Shown here one piece after another: positions 28,325-43,027 of a DNA stretch of 64,000 bases; within the stretch, counting starts at the first letter, position 1, and the number at the start of each line of letters is the position of its first letter. The stretch lies in contig JBCCWC010000006.1 of assembly GCA_039194325.1 (NCBI GenBank), positions 91,187 through 155,186 of the forward strand. The letters are read 5' to 3'. This stretch comes from Myxococcota bacterium. Lineage in GTDB: Bacteria; Myxococcota_A; Polyangia; Nannocystales; Nannocystaceae. The translations under genes and the position numbers were made by a program. The notes below the pieces were generated by a model that worked only from the letters and a program-made list of their open reading frames with translations, was not told where the DNA came from and did not search any database.

Positions 28325-30478
28325 ATGAGACATCGATTCAATCCCTGCATGATCCTGACCGGAGTGCTCTGCGCTGGGCTGCCAGCGTGTCAGCCAGGCG
28401 AGGGCCCGGTGGCCGCGACTGACACCAACAGCGAGGATTCGACATCCGGTACGACGGCCACGACCGATCTCGAAACGACACTCGATGATCCGTCGACGAG
28501 CATCGATCCCGATGGAACCACGACATCGTCCGAGACATCCGATCCGGTCTGCGGGGACGGCATGGTGGAGGGTGCCGAAGAATGCGACGAGGCTGGTGAG
28601 TCGCCCTCGTGCGACGCAGACTGCACGATCCCCATGTGCGGCGATGGGCTGCTCAATGCGGCGGCGGGCGAGGAGTGCGATGGGACCGACTTTGGCGACA
28701 CCACGTGTCAAAGCGAGGGCTTCGCCAGCGGTGAGCTGGCCTGCGACGAGCAATGTGCCGTGGACACGAGCGGCTGCTCGCTGCTACCCGCGGCCCCGGT
28801 GCTCGAGCTGAGCTTCTCGGCGGTCAAGCGGTTCGATTTTGGCTGGGCCGAGACCGAGGGCGCCGAGCACTACCGCCTCGAGCAGAGCGTGGCCCCCGGG
28901 GAGCCCTTCGAGCCGCTGGGACCCGACCTCGAGCAGCTCTCGGTGTCCTGGACCATGCCTCTGCACGGTCGCTATACGGCGAGCTATCGCCTACAGGCGT
29001 GTAATGGGGAGGGGTGTACGGAATCGGCGGTGGTGGACGTGACCGGTACGCTGGCGGAGGCGATCGGCTACTTCAAGGCGTCCAACACGGGCTCGAGCGA
29101 CGTCTTTGGCGACGAGGTCACGATCTCCGGCGACGGCCGGACGCTCGCCGTTGCCGCGCCCTCCGAGGACAGCAACGCCACCGAAATCGACGGTGATCCG
29201 AACGATCGCGGCCTCAACAACGGGGCTGTCTATGTCTTCGTCCTCGACGAGCACGGGGTCTGGACGCAGCAAGCCTATGTCAAGGCTTCGGACAACGCTG
29301 ACGGGGACGATTTTGGGCGGAGTCTATCGCTGTCTAGTGACGGTCGTACCCTCGCGGTCGGGTCCAGCAAATACAACGATAACCTGGGCTCGAGCGGGTA
29401 CGCGTACGTGTTCACCCGCGACAACGCAGGCACCTGGGCTGAGCAGGCTCAACTTCAGCCCTCTCACGGCGCCAGCTTGTTCGGCGTCAGCCTCGTACTC
29501 TCGGGCGACGGGAATACGTTGGCGGCGGGTGCCATCTTCGACTCGAGCGGAGCCACCGGCATCGACGGCGATCCCGACGAGAACCCGATGCAAGCGGCTG
29601 GGGCCGTGTTTGTGTTCACTCGCAACGGCGCGGGCGCGTGGTCTCAGCAGGCGTATGTCAAGGCGTCCAATACCGGAGCGTACGACGAGTTTGGGTCGAG
29701 CGTGGCGCTCTCCGGCAACGGCAACACCCTGGCCGTGGGCGCGGACCGAGAGCGCAGCAATGCAGCCGGGGTCGACGGCGATCAGAGCGACGACTCACTC
29801 GACAATGCAGGGGCCGTCTATGTATTCGAGCGCGACGGAGCGGGGGTCTGGGCTCAGCAAGCCTATGTCAAAGCTTCGAATCCAGACTGGGAGGACCACT
29901 TCGGGTACACGGTGGCGCTGTCGGTCGACGGCGATACCCTGGCCGTCGGAGCCCCCGAAGAGGACAGTAACGCCGTCGGCATCGACGGCGAGCAGGCCAA
30001 TGAGCAGGTACTGGATGCGGGAGCGGTCTACGTGTTCACTCGTGACGGTGTCGGTGCCTGGTCGCAGCAGGCCTACGTCAAGGCTTCTAACACCGCCGCG
30101 ACAGGCAGCGTAGTCGGGGAGTGGTTCGGTTGGGACGTGGCGCTCTCGGGCAGTGGCGACGCGTTGGTCGTGGGGGCACGCAACGAGGACAGTGTCGCCA
30201 TTGGAGTCGACGGCGAGCAGAATAGCCATGAAGACGTGGGGACGGGCGCGGTCTATACGTTCGTGCGCGATGATGCGGGCACCTGGGCGCAGCAGGCATA
30301 CCTCAAGGCATCGGATCCCGACGACGGCGACACCTACCTCGGCTATAGCGTCGACATCACCGACGACGGCCTGACCGTGGTCGCGGGGGCGCCCTATGAA
30401 GACAGCGATGCGACCGGTATCGACGGTGACCCGGGCAACAACACCTTGAGCGTTTCAGGGGCTGTCTACCTCTACTGA
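28325..30478 (+). CDS. Lipoprotein with Cys-rich (CGDG..E.CD) repeats and FG-GAP/integrin-like beta-propeller
   Basis: [17 protein letters not shown], repeated QQAYVKASN...D.FG..VALSG.G.TLAVGA...GAVYVF. Confidence 0.9.
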   Translation: MRHRFNPCMILTGVLCAGLPACQPGEGPVAATDTNSEDSTSGTTATTDLETTLDDPSTSIDPDGTTTSSETSDPVCGDGMVEGAEECDEAGESPSCDADCTIPMCGDGLLNAAAGEECDGTDFGDTTCQSEGFASGELACDEQCAVDTSGCSLLPAAPVLELSFSAVKRFDFGWAETEGAEHYRLEQSVAPGEPFEPLGPDLEQLSVSWTMPLHGRYTASYRLQACNGEGCTESAVVDVTGTLAEAIGYFKASNTGSSDVFGDEVTISGDGRTLAVAAPSEDSNATEIDGDPNDRGLNNGAVYVFVLDEHGVWTQQAYVKASDNADGDDFGRSLSLSSDGRTLAVGSSKYNDNLGSSGYAYVFTRDNAGTWAEQAQLQPSHGASLFGVSLVLSGDGNTLAAGAIFDSSGATGIDGDPDENPMQAAGAVFVFTRNGAGAWSQQAYVKASNTGAYDEFGSSVALSGNGNTLAVGADRERSNAAGVDGDQSDDSLDNAGAVYVFERDGAGVWAQQAYVKASNPDWEDHFGYTVALSVDGDTLAVGAPEEDSNAVGIDGEQANEQVLDAGAVYVFTRDGVGAWSQQAYVKASNTAATGSVVGEWFGWDVALSGSGDALVVGARNEDSVAIGVDGEQNSHEDVGTGAVYTFVRDDAGTWAQQAYLKASDPDDGDTYLGYSVDITDDGLTVVAGAPYEDSDATGIDGDPGNNTLSVSGAVYLY

Positions 30479-30505
30479 CGAACGAAGCACGGGGGACGAA
30501 GAGTC

Positions 30506-30534
30506 CCGCGAGGACGCTTGGCGCGTCCTCGCGG
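30506..30534. terminator. 12-bp perfect hairpin between convergent genes (possible bidirectional terminator/stabiliser)
   Basis: ccgcgaggacgc-ttggc-gcgtcctcgcgg; no long U-tract. Confidence 0.55.
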
Positions 30535-30550
30535 CTCTATGGGCGCCCGC

Positions 30551-31684
30551 TCAGCCGCCCTTGAACACGAGCATGGGCCGCAGGGTCCGCTGCACACGGG
30601 TCAGCTCTCGCTGGGCTCGCATCACCGCCCCGATGTCCTTGTAGGCCCCCGGGGCCTCCTCGCGTAGGCGACCCGCGAGGCGATGGTCGAACCATACCCC
30701 GTGCATCTGCTCGTGGAGCCGGCGAGTGCTGATCCGACGCCGAGCCACCGAGCGCGCCATGGCTCGCCCTGCTCCATGCGAGCTCGAGCAGAGCGCCGCG
30801 GCACAACCTCGCCCACGCACGTGGTGACTCACCGAGCCCATCGAGCCGGGTATGATCCCCACCTCGCCCTCGCGAGCCGAGATCGCCCCCTTGCGGTGTA
30901 CCCACAGTGCCTGCCCTTCGTGCTCCTCGCGACGCACGAAGTTGTGGTGACACTCGATGACGCTGTGTGGGTCCGCCTCTACCGACAATGTGCGCTCGAT
31001 AACGTCGCGAGCGACCTCTATCATGCGTGAACGATTGGCCGCGGCATAGTCGAGTGCCCAGGCCAGGTCGTGGAGGTAGGCTCGGCCTGCGTCGGACTGG
31101 GCGCTGAGCCCCAATAGACCCGCGCGATCCCGAGTCCCGCGGCGCTCGTGGGCCTGCCGGATCGCCTGCCCCATGCCCCGGGAGCCGCTGTGCACCATCA
31201 GCCACAGGCGACCGTCGTCGCCCGCCTGTAGCTCGAGGAAGTGATTGCCTCGACCCAAGGTCCCGTATTGCAAGCTAGCCTCACGCGCCATGGTGGCCCG
31301 CAGCACGGGCTCGCTCAGCTCGCGCTCGGCGAGCCCAGCGGGCAGCTGGACCCCCGTGCGACGATGATGACGCAGGATCGGGATCGCCCGGTAGAGCCCA
31401 TCGAGCACCCGGGCCGCTGCGGGCTCGTCGAGCCGACCGGGCGGAGCATCGAAGGCCAGCGCCGCCATGCCGCAGCCGATGTCGCCCCCGACCGCGGCCG
31501 GGATCAGGGTGTCGCGGGTGCCCAGGGCGACGCCCACGCACACCTCGGCGCTGAGGTGCACGTCGGGCATCACCGCCACACGGACGACGTCGGCTCCCCG
31601 ACCGAGGCGGGCGAGAGCATCGCGGACCTCGGGCGGCGGGGGCTCGGCGAGCCAGCGGCGCATTACGGAGTGTGCCGAGCTCAT
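30551..31684 (-). CDS. rtcB: RtcB-family RNA ligase
   Basis: Hallmark motifs MPDVH, GGDIGCG, GTLGRGNHFLE, VHSGSRG, HHN, VHRKGA, IPGSMG, SSHGAGR, EEAPGAYKDI. ATG at 31684 follows GGAGG and overlaps the upstream TGA. Confidence 0.95.
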   Translation of the reverse strand: MSSAHSVMRRWLAEPPPPEVRDALARLGRGADVVRVAVMPDVHLSAEVCVGVALGTRDTLIPAAVGGDIGCGMAALAFDAPPGRLDEPAAARVLDGLYRAIPILRHHRRTGVQLPAGLAERELSEPVLRATMAREASLQYGTLGRGNHFLELQAGDDGRLWLMVHSGSRGMGQAIRQAHERRGTRDRAGLLGLSAQSDAGRAYLHDLAWALDYAAANRSRMIEVARDVIERTLSVEADPHSVIECHHNFVRREEHEGQALWVHRKGAISAREGEVGIIPGSMGSVSHHVRGRGCAAALCSSSHGAGRAMARSVARRRISTRRLHEQMHGVWFDHRLAGRLREEAPGAYKDIGAVMRAQRELTRVQRTLRPMLVFKGG

Positions 31685-32127
31685 GGCTCTACCTCCTTTG
31701 TGGACTCCGGTTCTATGGACTCCGGCACCACCATGAACTGGAGGTAGGGCGTGCGCTTGCGATGGATCGCCGCGGCGATCTCGTGGCGTAGGTGTCCCCG
31801 AGCGACGTCGAGTCGCTCGAGGATCGCGTGGACAGGGCTCGCGCCAGAGGAGACGATCTCCACCAGCAAAGAGCGACCGCCCGGCTCGGGAATGACCGCG
31901 CGAACCCACAAGCCCTGCAAGAGGGGATCGTCGAGCTCGCCGAGGGCCAGGTCGAGCCGCCGCTGCACTTGCCGGCACAGCTGGAGGCTCTTGGTGTCAT
32001 GGGAAGTGCCCGAGCGGCCGCGGCGACCCGAGCGAGTGGAAAAGTACAGGGAGTCCAGGGGAAGGTCGGCATCGACCACCCCGGGTCGACGTGAGCGTCG
32101 CCCACGCCGGTGTGAATGTTTGCTCAA
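31681..32127 (-). CDS. Divergent ribosome-binding factor A (RbfA)-like protein with Arg-rich N-terminus
   Basis: DPLL..L.V..V....G.R.L.V, L..ARGHLRHEIAAAIHRKRTPYLQF, resembling the RbfA pattern (DPR...V..V...L..A.G.LR..L...R..P.L.F). TTG start at 32127 is inferred. Confidence 0.75.
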   Translation of the reverse strand: MSKHSHRRGRRSRRPGVVDADLPLDSLYFSTRSGRRGRSGTSHDTKSLQLCRQVQRRLDLALGELDDPLLQGLWVRAVIPEPGGRSLLVEIVSSGASPVHAILERLDVARGHLRHEIAAAIHRKRTPYLQFMVVPESIEPESTKEVEP

Positions 32128-32285
32128 TGGTTTGCTCTCACGAACGAGACGCGCCCAACCCGGGGCGCCTCGAATGATCTCGAAGAAGGGGTGAGAGCCA
32201 GGCTTCTGGTGACGCCTGCCCGAGCAGCACCGACCCAACTCGGATCGATACGAACAACGGATGCGAGACGATGCGGTCGCAGGAG

Positions 32286-32342
32286 CTACGAGCGCGCGGA
32301 AGCGAGGCTCGACGTCGGACCGCTGGTGACAAGGGGTTGCAT
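32286..32342 (-). CDS. Putative leader peptide (uORF) MQPLVTSGPTSSLASARS
   Basis: Perfect SD GGAAAGGAGG (32349-32358) 6 nt before ATG; 18 codons then TAG; sits between the promoter and the RbfA-like gene. Confidence 0.7.
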   Translation of the reverse strand: MQPLVTSGPTSSLASARS

Positions 32343-32397
32343 GGTCGTCCTCCTTTCCGCGCCGCTCGGGCCGAGAGGGCCCTACGCAGCGACGCTC

Positions 32398-32425
32398 AAG
32401 ATAGAGCGCCGGGGCGGGTTGTCAA
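32398..32425 (-). promoter_or_regulatory. Sigma70-type promoter for the leader-rbfA-like-rtcB unit
   Basis: Minus strand TTGACA (32420-32425), 16-nt spacer, TATCTT (32398-32403). Confidence 0.7.
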
Positions 32426-32442
32426 ACTGAAATCTTCGGGTG

Positions 32443-33426
32443 TCACAGCATCCCTTCACCCCTAAACCACGCCAGGCTTTCGGCCACCGTCTGCTCGAAC
32501 GGCCGAAAGCACAGCCCCAGCTCCTCACGGGCGCGACGGTTGTCGAAGAAGCAATCGGCCAGCCCGTACTCCAGCATCACCACGGGAAGGTCGGGCCGCT
32601 TGCCCCGGGCCACCGCGACCTGCTGCATCGCGTACGCCGCCCCGCGCAGCATGGCGCGAGGCATCCGGAAGGACGGTCGCCGTCGCCCCACGGACCGGTT
32701 GACCACCTTCAAGAGCAACCCGCTGTCGATGTTGTGCCCGGTGAGCACGTAGCGACGCCCGGGCTGGCCGCGCTCGGCCGCGACCACGTGACCCTCGGCG
32801 GCATCGCGAACATCCACGTAGGCGACGCCGCCCCCGGCGTGACCCGGAGCCTTGCCCTGCGCCAGCGCCAGCAACAACTGGCCCGAAGGCGTAGGGGTGC
32901 GATCGCCGGGCCCCATCACGTAGCCGGGGCACACGATCCGCACGTCGAGCCCCCAAGCGGCGAAGTCCTCGGCCAGGCGCATGCTGAGGTACTTGCTGCG
33001 CGAATAAGGAAAATCGAGATCCCACGCCTCGTAGGGCGACTCCTCGTCGGCCAGGGTCCCCGGCGCGGGTCGGCCTAGCGCGACCACGCTGGCCGTGTAG
33101 ACCACCCGCGCGCCCTGCCGTCGCGCCGCCTCCAGCACGTTGAAGGTGCCGCGCAGGTTCACGTCGTACATCTGCGTGGGATCGGGCGCCCATGACTCGT
33201 AGATCGCCGCCATGTGAAAAACGGTGTCGATCTCCCGCATCGCCTCGCGTGCCCGTTCGGGATCTCGCACGTCACCCTCGATCATCTCGAGATCGATCCC
33301 TTCGAGGTTGGTGCGAGGCTCACCGGGTCGACCCCAGCCTCGAACCTTGACCCCGCGCTCGACGAGCGCCTTGACGACGTGGGCTCCCAAAAAGCCCGGT
33401 GCTCCGGTGACCAGCGCGTGCTCCAT
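32443..33426 (-). CDS. NAD-dependent epimerase/dehydratase (dihydroflavonol-reductase/HpnA-like SDR)
   Basis: VTGAPGFLG, FHMAA, YSRSK, GPGDRTPTPSG, VDVRDAAEGH. Confidence 0.9.
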   Translation of the reverse strand: MEHALVTGAPGFLGAHVVKALVERGVKVRGWGRPGEPRTNLEGIDLEMIEGDVRDPERAREAMREIDTVFHMAAIYESWAPDPTQMYDVNLRGTFNVLEAARRQGARVVYTASVVALGRPAPGTLADEESPYEAWDLDFPYSRSKYLSMRLAEDFAAWGLDVRIVCPGYVMGPGDRTPTPSGQLLLALAQGKAPGHAGGGVAYVDVRDAAEGHVVAAERGQPGRRYVLTGHNIDSGLLLKVVNRSVGRRRPSFRMPRAMLRGAAYAMQQVAVARGKRPDLPVVMLEYGLADCFFDNRRAREELGLCFRPFEQTVAESLAWFRGEGML

Positions 33427-33488
33427 GTCCGCCTCGCCTTCTACCACCCCGCGGCGCGGCGAGCTTCGCCCCGTGCTACACCGATGTC

Positions 33489-34328
33489 ATGCTCGGACGT
33501 TTCGGCCTCCTGTTCGCGTGTGTCCTCGGGCTGGGCTGTGCGCCGGCGACCGACACCCCCGTGCCGGCGCCACCCCCGAGCTCACCGCGCACGGTGATCG
33601 ACGAGGTCGAGGCGCCGGCCCAGAGCGTGGCACCAGCGGAGGCTGAAGGACCGGCCGAAGCCGATCCCTCCGTCGGTGCTCCCGTCACCGGTACGCCCGC
33701 GGTGGCGCCCGAGTGGGTGTCGCAGGAGATCAACGAGCACTACGCACAGAACGACAACCCCAAGCGCTGGGCCAAGCGCTTCGAACGCATCGGCCGGGAG
33801 GTCTTCGATCAACGCGACCCGATCGTCGCGGCGCTGGGGCTACGCAAGGGCCAGCGGATCGCCGACGTGGGGGCGGGCACCGGCCTGTTCACCATGGAGC
33901 TGGCCCGAGCGGTGGGCGAGCAAGGCACGGTCTACGCGGTCGACGTGCAGCCGTATTTTCTCGACCACATCGCCCAGAGGGCCCGCAAGGAGGGCCTGAG
34001 CAACGTGAAGCTGGTGAGGGCCCGACAAGACTCGGTGCAGCTCCCCGAGGGCTCGGTGCAGCTGGTGCTGATGTGCGACGCCTACCACCACGTGGAGCAG
34101 CCCGCGGCCTACCTCGAATCGCTACGCAGGGCCATCGAGCCCGGCGGGCGGCTGGTGGTGGTGGACTATCGAGCCGTAGAGGGGGAGAACCGGGCCTGGA
34201 TCGTCGAGCACGTGCGCGCGACCCCGGAGCAGTTTCGGGCAGAGATCGAAGGCGCCGGGTTTCGCTTCGTGCGCGAGCACGAAGGGGTGCTCGAAGAGAA
34301 CTTCTTCTACGAGTTCGAGCGGCCGTAG
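33489..34328 (+). CDS. Class I SAM-dependent methyltransferase with lipoprotein signal
   Basis: Lipobox GLGC, IADVGAGTG, VYAVD, DAYHH, PGGRLVVVD. Confidence 0.88.
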   Translation: MLGRFGLLFACVLGLGCAPATDTPVPAPPPSSPRTVIDEVEAPAQSVAPAEAEGPAEADPSVGAPVTGTPAVAPEWVSQEINEHYAQNDNPKRWAKRFERIGREVFDQRDPIVAALGLRKGQRIADVGAGTGLFTMELARAVGEQGTVYAVDVQPYFLDHIAQRARKEGLSNVKLVRARQDSVQLPEGSVQLVLMCDAYHHVEQPAAYLESLRRAIEPGGRLVVVDYRAVEGENRAWIVEHVRATPEQFRAEIEGAGFRFVREHEGVLEENFFYEFERP

Positions 34329-34409
34329 GTCGAGCTCGGGGCTCGGGCTCGTCGCGTGCTGTTGCCACCGACTCGCCACCGTGGGCTATGCTCCCGCGCG
34401 CTCCGCTCG

Positions 34410-35099
34410 ATGACCAGCACGTCCCCAGCTACGTTTCCAGCTACGTCTCTATGGCGCACGCGGATCACCTGGGCCGCACTGGGAGCCGGATTGACTGCGC
34501 TGCTGATGTGGGATCGAGCGACGCCCTCGCCGAGCGCCGAGCGCGAGGCCAGCCCCACCCGCCCACTCGATCCTCCGATCGAGCACGTCGTATCGTCGAA
34601 CGACGGGCCAACCGGCAGCACCACCACCGCGAGCGACCCCATCACATCCAACGACGGCGAGTCGACCACGACGGACGACACCACCACGACGGATGCGTCC
34701 ACCACCGGTGAGCTCGCCCTCGCGAGCACCGACACCACCGACACTACCGACAGCACCACCGGCGGCCAGTCTCTACCCCAGATCCCGCTGCCCCGCCTGC
34801 CGGGCTCACGCTTCATGCGACGCGCTCGACGAGTCGACGAGCAGACGGGCGAGCCGATCATCACCCTGGGCCTGTCGGTGCCCGCGCCCGGCGCCCAAGT
34901 CGAAGCGTTCTATCGCCGCGCCATGAAGGACGCTGGGCTGAAGGTCTTTGGGGGTCGCTACAACTCCGCGAGCTCGAGCGACGACTATCGCTCCACCCTC
35001 AAGGGCCGCAGCAAGTACGTCAGCGCCGAGCTCACGATCCACCAGCGGTCGGGCAAGCTGCGCTCGGTGGTTCGAATCTACTGGCGACTGAGGGACTGA
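34410..35099 (+). CDS. Hypothetical membrane-anchored protein with Thr-rich linker
   Basis: N-terminal TM, T/D-rich linker, QVEAFY..AM..AG motif. GC3-rich codons. Confidence 0.65.
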   Translation: MTSTSPATFPATSLWRTRITWAALGAGLTALLMWDRATPSPSAEREASPTRPLDPPIEHVVSSNDGPTGSTTTASDPITSNDGESTTTDDTTTTDASTTGELALASTDTTDTTDSTTGGQSLPQIPLPRLPGSRFMRRARRVDEQTGEPIITLGLSVPAPGAQVEAFYRRAMKDAGLKVFGGRYNSASSSDDYRSTLKGRSKYVSAELTIHQRSGKLRSVVRIYWRLRD

Positions 35100-35264
35100 C
35101 GCGCATCGGCCCCATGCGCGCTCGATCGCTGCATGTCGATCGCTCCATGGTGAGACGAAATAGCGCTGGCGCCAAACGCGCGCGATTCCCCGTGAGGACC
35201 CGCGGTCCCATGAGCCATACGCGCCGCGCAACCCGGGTCACCGCTCTACGTCTCTTGCAATCAA

Positions 35265-35888
35265 ATGCGCGCCGCCACGCTCTTGCTCATGCCGCTAGGT
35301 CTCACCGTGGCGATGACCGCCTGCCAAGCCGAGGTCGAGGACGGGATCTTCGACCCCGGCGTAGGTGGACCCGCGCCGGGAATCCCGATCGACGCCATGT
35401 CGACGGGACCGGGCGAGTCGGACACCGACGACGAGAGCGGAACGGATACGGACGGGGCCACCTCGGATAACGAGCCAACGGACGAGACCGACGGCGACTT
35501 CGTCGATGGAGACAGCACCGGTCTCGCGGCTCTAGACACGTGTCCCGAGGCGGTGGGCCCGGGGATCTACACGTGTCCCGAGGGCTCGAGCTTCTCCTCG
35601 GGTGACGGCTGGGCTCGCTGCACATTCGAAGACATCTCGCTCCCCACGGCCCCCAGCTTGTTGCCGTATTGCCAATACTTCGATATGGGCTACCTCGGCT
35701 TCAGCTGGAACTTGAGCGACTTGGCCGCCCACGAGTGCCCCCCCGAGGCCCGCTACGCCCCGAACACCCAGACCGCCTACTGCCTGTGGGAAGACATCGT
35801 GCTGCCTTCGAACCGGGCCGAGGCCGAATGCAGCGGCCTGGTGGCTACGGGCAGCTTCGGCTTCCGCTGGCCCTGCCCAGACGCGTGA
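35265..35888 (+). CDS. Hypothetical Cys-rich lipoprotein with duplicated small domain
   Basis: MTAC, acidic linker, two repeats (CP.....C.FEDI.LP...C...GY.GF.W and CP.....C.WEDI.LP...C...GSFGF.W). Confidence 0.75.
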   Translation: MRAATLLLMPLGLTVAMTACQAEVEDGIFDPGVGGPAPGIPIDAMSTGPGESDTDDESGTDTDGATSDNEPTDETDGDFVDGDSTGLAALDTCPEAVGPGIYTCPEGSSFSSGDGWARCTFEDISLPTAPSLLPYCQYFDMGYLGFSWNLSDLAAHECPPEARYAPNTQTAYCLWEDIVLPSNRAEAECSGLVATGSFGFRWPCPDA

Positions 35889-35949
35889 GGCCAGACGCGT
35901 GAGACCAGACGCGTGAGACCAGACGCGTGAGACCAGACGCGTGAGACCA
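35877..35949. repeat. 14-bp tandem repeat x5 (CCAGACGCGTGAGR) spanning a stop codon
   Basis: Copies at 35877, 35891, 35905, 35919 and 35933. Confidence 0.95.
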
Positions 35950-35971
35950 CCGCGGGTGAGCGAAGCGGTGG

Positions 35972-37920
35972 CTATGCCCCACCCAGGGTCGCCACCGCCA
36001 GCGCCACTTGCCGCTCGTGCTCCAACCCCTCGTCGTGCACCGCCAGCCCGAGCTCCACGGTGCGCGTGAGCAATGATCGCGCCTCGAGCAACCGGTGAAA
36101 CACCTCCCCCCGCTGGTCCTCTAGCGCCCGCAGCCGGTCGAGACCCGCGAGCAGGGGCTCGCGCGCCTGTGGACCCTCCCCTCGGGCAGAGCTCGCGGCC
36201 AGCGCTCGCACGATCGTGCCCTCGTCGAGCTCGGCGAGCTGTCGACCGATCTCGCCGAGCTGCTCCACCAGTCGCTCGACGGCGGCCACGAGCGGCTCGA
36301 GCGGCGCGATGAGCATGTCCAGCTCCCGGGTGTCCCGCACGTACTGGGCCCGATGATCGACCAGCCGCTGGACGAGCAGCGCCAACCCGCTCACCACCTC
36401 GCGCACGTCACCGGGTGGCCCGTCCCCATGAGACTGGAGCAGCGCGGCCAGGCGAGCCACGAGCGGATCCGAGGCCGGCAAGGCGGCGGGGGCCGAGCGA
36501 AGACGAAAGCGGGCGGGAGTACGGGTGACCCAGGTCTTGACGGTGACGTAGCGCGCCGCCAACAGCAGCGTGCCCAGCAGACCGAGGCCGAACACCACCC
36601 ACATCGCCGTCTCCAGGCCGAGCAGCGACAACCCGGCGCAGAGCACCGCCACCCCCGCCCCCACTCCATAGGTCAGCCGAAGGGCGGATCGGGTCTCGGG
36701 TGGTCCCACCAGGCGAGTGTCGAGCCCTTGGCTTCGGGTGGACTGCAACAGCGCCTCGGCGGTTTGCTGGTCGAGATTGCCGAACAACCGCGCGGGCAGC
36801 CGGATCCGACGACGACGCTCCTCCTCGGCGTAGAGGTGGGCCGGCCCCACCACGAACTCGGGCGGAGCCACGGGCCCCTCGGCGATGTCTCCCACGAATC
36901 CCTGGAGCCACTTGAGCTTGCGAGCATCTTCGTCGAGGCTCCGCAGGTCGAGGCCATAGGCATCCTGCCCGGGCGCGGCGCTGACGAAGCGCACGGACAC
37001 GCGACCGCACGAAAGACATAGGCGCTGCCCGATCCGCAGCCGGGTACCGCAGTGCTGACACACGGTAGTGGCCTGCTCGACCAGCGAGGTGGGCGCCCCG
37101 CCGCGGAGCACCCAGGCCACCTCACCCGCCGTGGAAGGACGCCGGGCCGGATCGTCGTGGAGGCAGGCCCGCACCAACAACTCCAGGGCCGGGGGAACGT
37201 CCTGCCGTAGCGTGACCAGGGCCGGCAGGGGCGACCGCTCGCGCAAGAATGTTGGCCCGTCGCCGAAGGGCAGCGCGCCGGCGAGCGCCTGCCACATCAT
37301 CACGCCCAGGCTGAAGAGATCGGATCGCTGATCGACGGCGGTGACATGAACCTGCTCGGGCGCAGCATAGGCCGACCCCTGCATGAGCAAGCTCGACGCC
37401 GTATGGCTCGACAGCACGTCGACCCGCGACAGCCCCACGTCGACCAGCACGATCCGCCCATCGGGTCGACGCAGCACATTGGACGGGCGGAGGTCACGGA
37501 GTACCGCCCCGGTGGCGTGGACCGATCCCAACGCGTCGGCCAGGCCGGTGAAGACGGCGGTCAGCTCTTCGAGGGGGGCGGGGGCTCGCTTTAGCCAGCG
37601 CTCGAGAGTCTCACCCTCGACATCCAGCCGCATCCGCCAAGGGGCCACCGCCGATGTCCGAGTCGGCGTCTGCTGCGAGTCATCCGAGGGCCCCAGGGCC
37701 AGGGTGGGGGCCAGGCCATACGCGGCCAGCCCCTGCACGCGCTGCGCGTCGCGGACGTAGCGACGCCGGATCGACTCGTCACGCGCCAGATCCTCGGCCA
37801 GCTGGCCCACCAGCGCACGCCGGCCGTCGGCCAGCTCAATCCTCCAGCGCTGCTCGGTGCCGACGTCCCAGGGCCCCTCGAGGATCCGGTGGGGCCAGGG
37901 CAGCCACGACAGCGTGTCGC

Positions 37921-37924
<4 letters not shown>
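35972..37924 (-). CDS. Predicted pseudokinase + zinc ribbon + L7/L12-CTD-like + 2 TM + helical C-domain
   Basis: No Gly-rich loop or VAIK Lys; VLRDLRPSN, DVG, YAAPE, DLFSLG; CQHC...CLSC; TM pair. Confidence 0.85.
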
Positions 37925-39954
<2,030 letters not shown>

Positions 39955-40166
39955 GGGGCAGGACCATAATGGGAAGAAGTCTCGAGCTCGACGCGATTCG
40001 AACACCCGACCTCGGTCCTTGGAAAAGACCAGCTCAAGGGCATCACGCCACTTCCGCGCCACGGCGGTCGGACTGGCGACCCGGCTTCGGATCGAAGGCG
40101 CGGGTGATATCGTCTGATCCTGCTTGTGGCGTCTGCGTGGTGCTTCGCGCCAGATCGGGGCCCATT

Positions 40167-42839
<2,673 letters not shown>

Positions 42840-43027
42840 CCCCAGCAACACGGCACCTCCAGCGGCTGGAGGGCCGGAACATCGCCGCTTGCCCACTATG
42901 GCCTTGTCACCAACACCGATGGATTGACCTTCGAATCGGCCCTCGGAGTCGCCCGTCGGCTCGCGGTCGATGCTTCGAGGACCAAAATAGTGCTTAACAA
43001 ACAACCAATGAGTGACATGATTCATCA

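Noticed and set aside
30551..31978. 475-aa RtcB with a long N-terminal extension, as in the ORF track
   Set aside because: The extension overlaps the RbfA-like gene in another frame; ATG 31684 has a GGAGG SD and an ATGA coupling.
35877..35949. Tandem repeats here and at 2085, 6309 and 8850 as CRISPR arrays
   Set aside because: Units abut with no unique spacers, lengths are atypical, and no cas genes are present.
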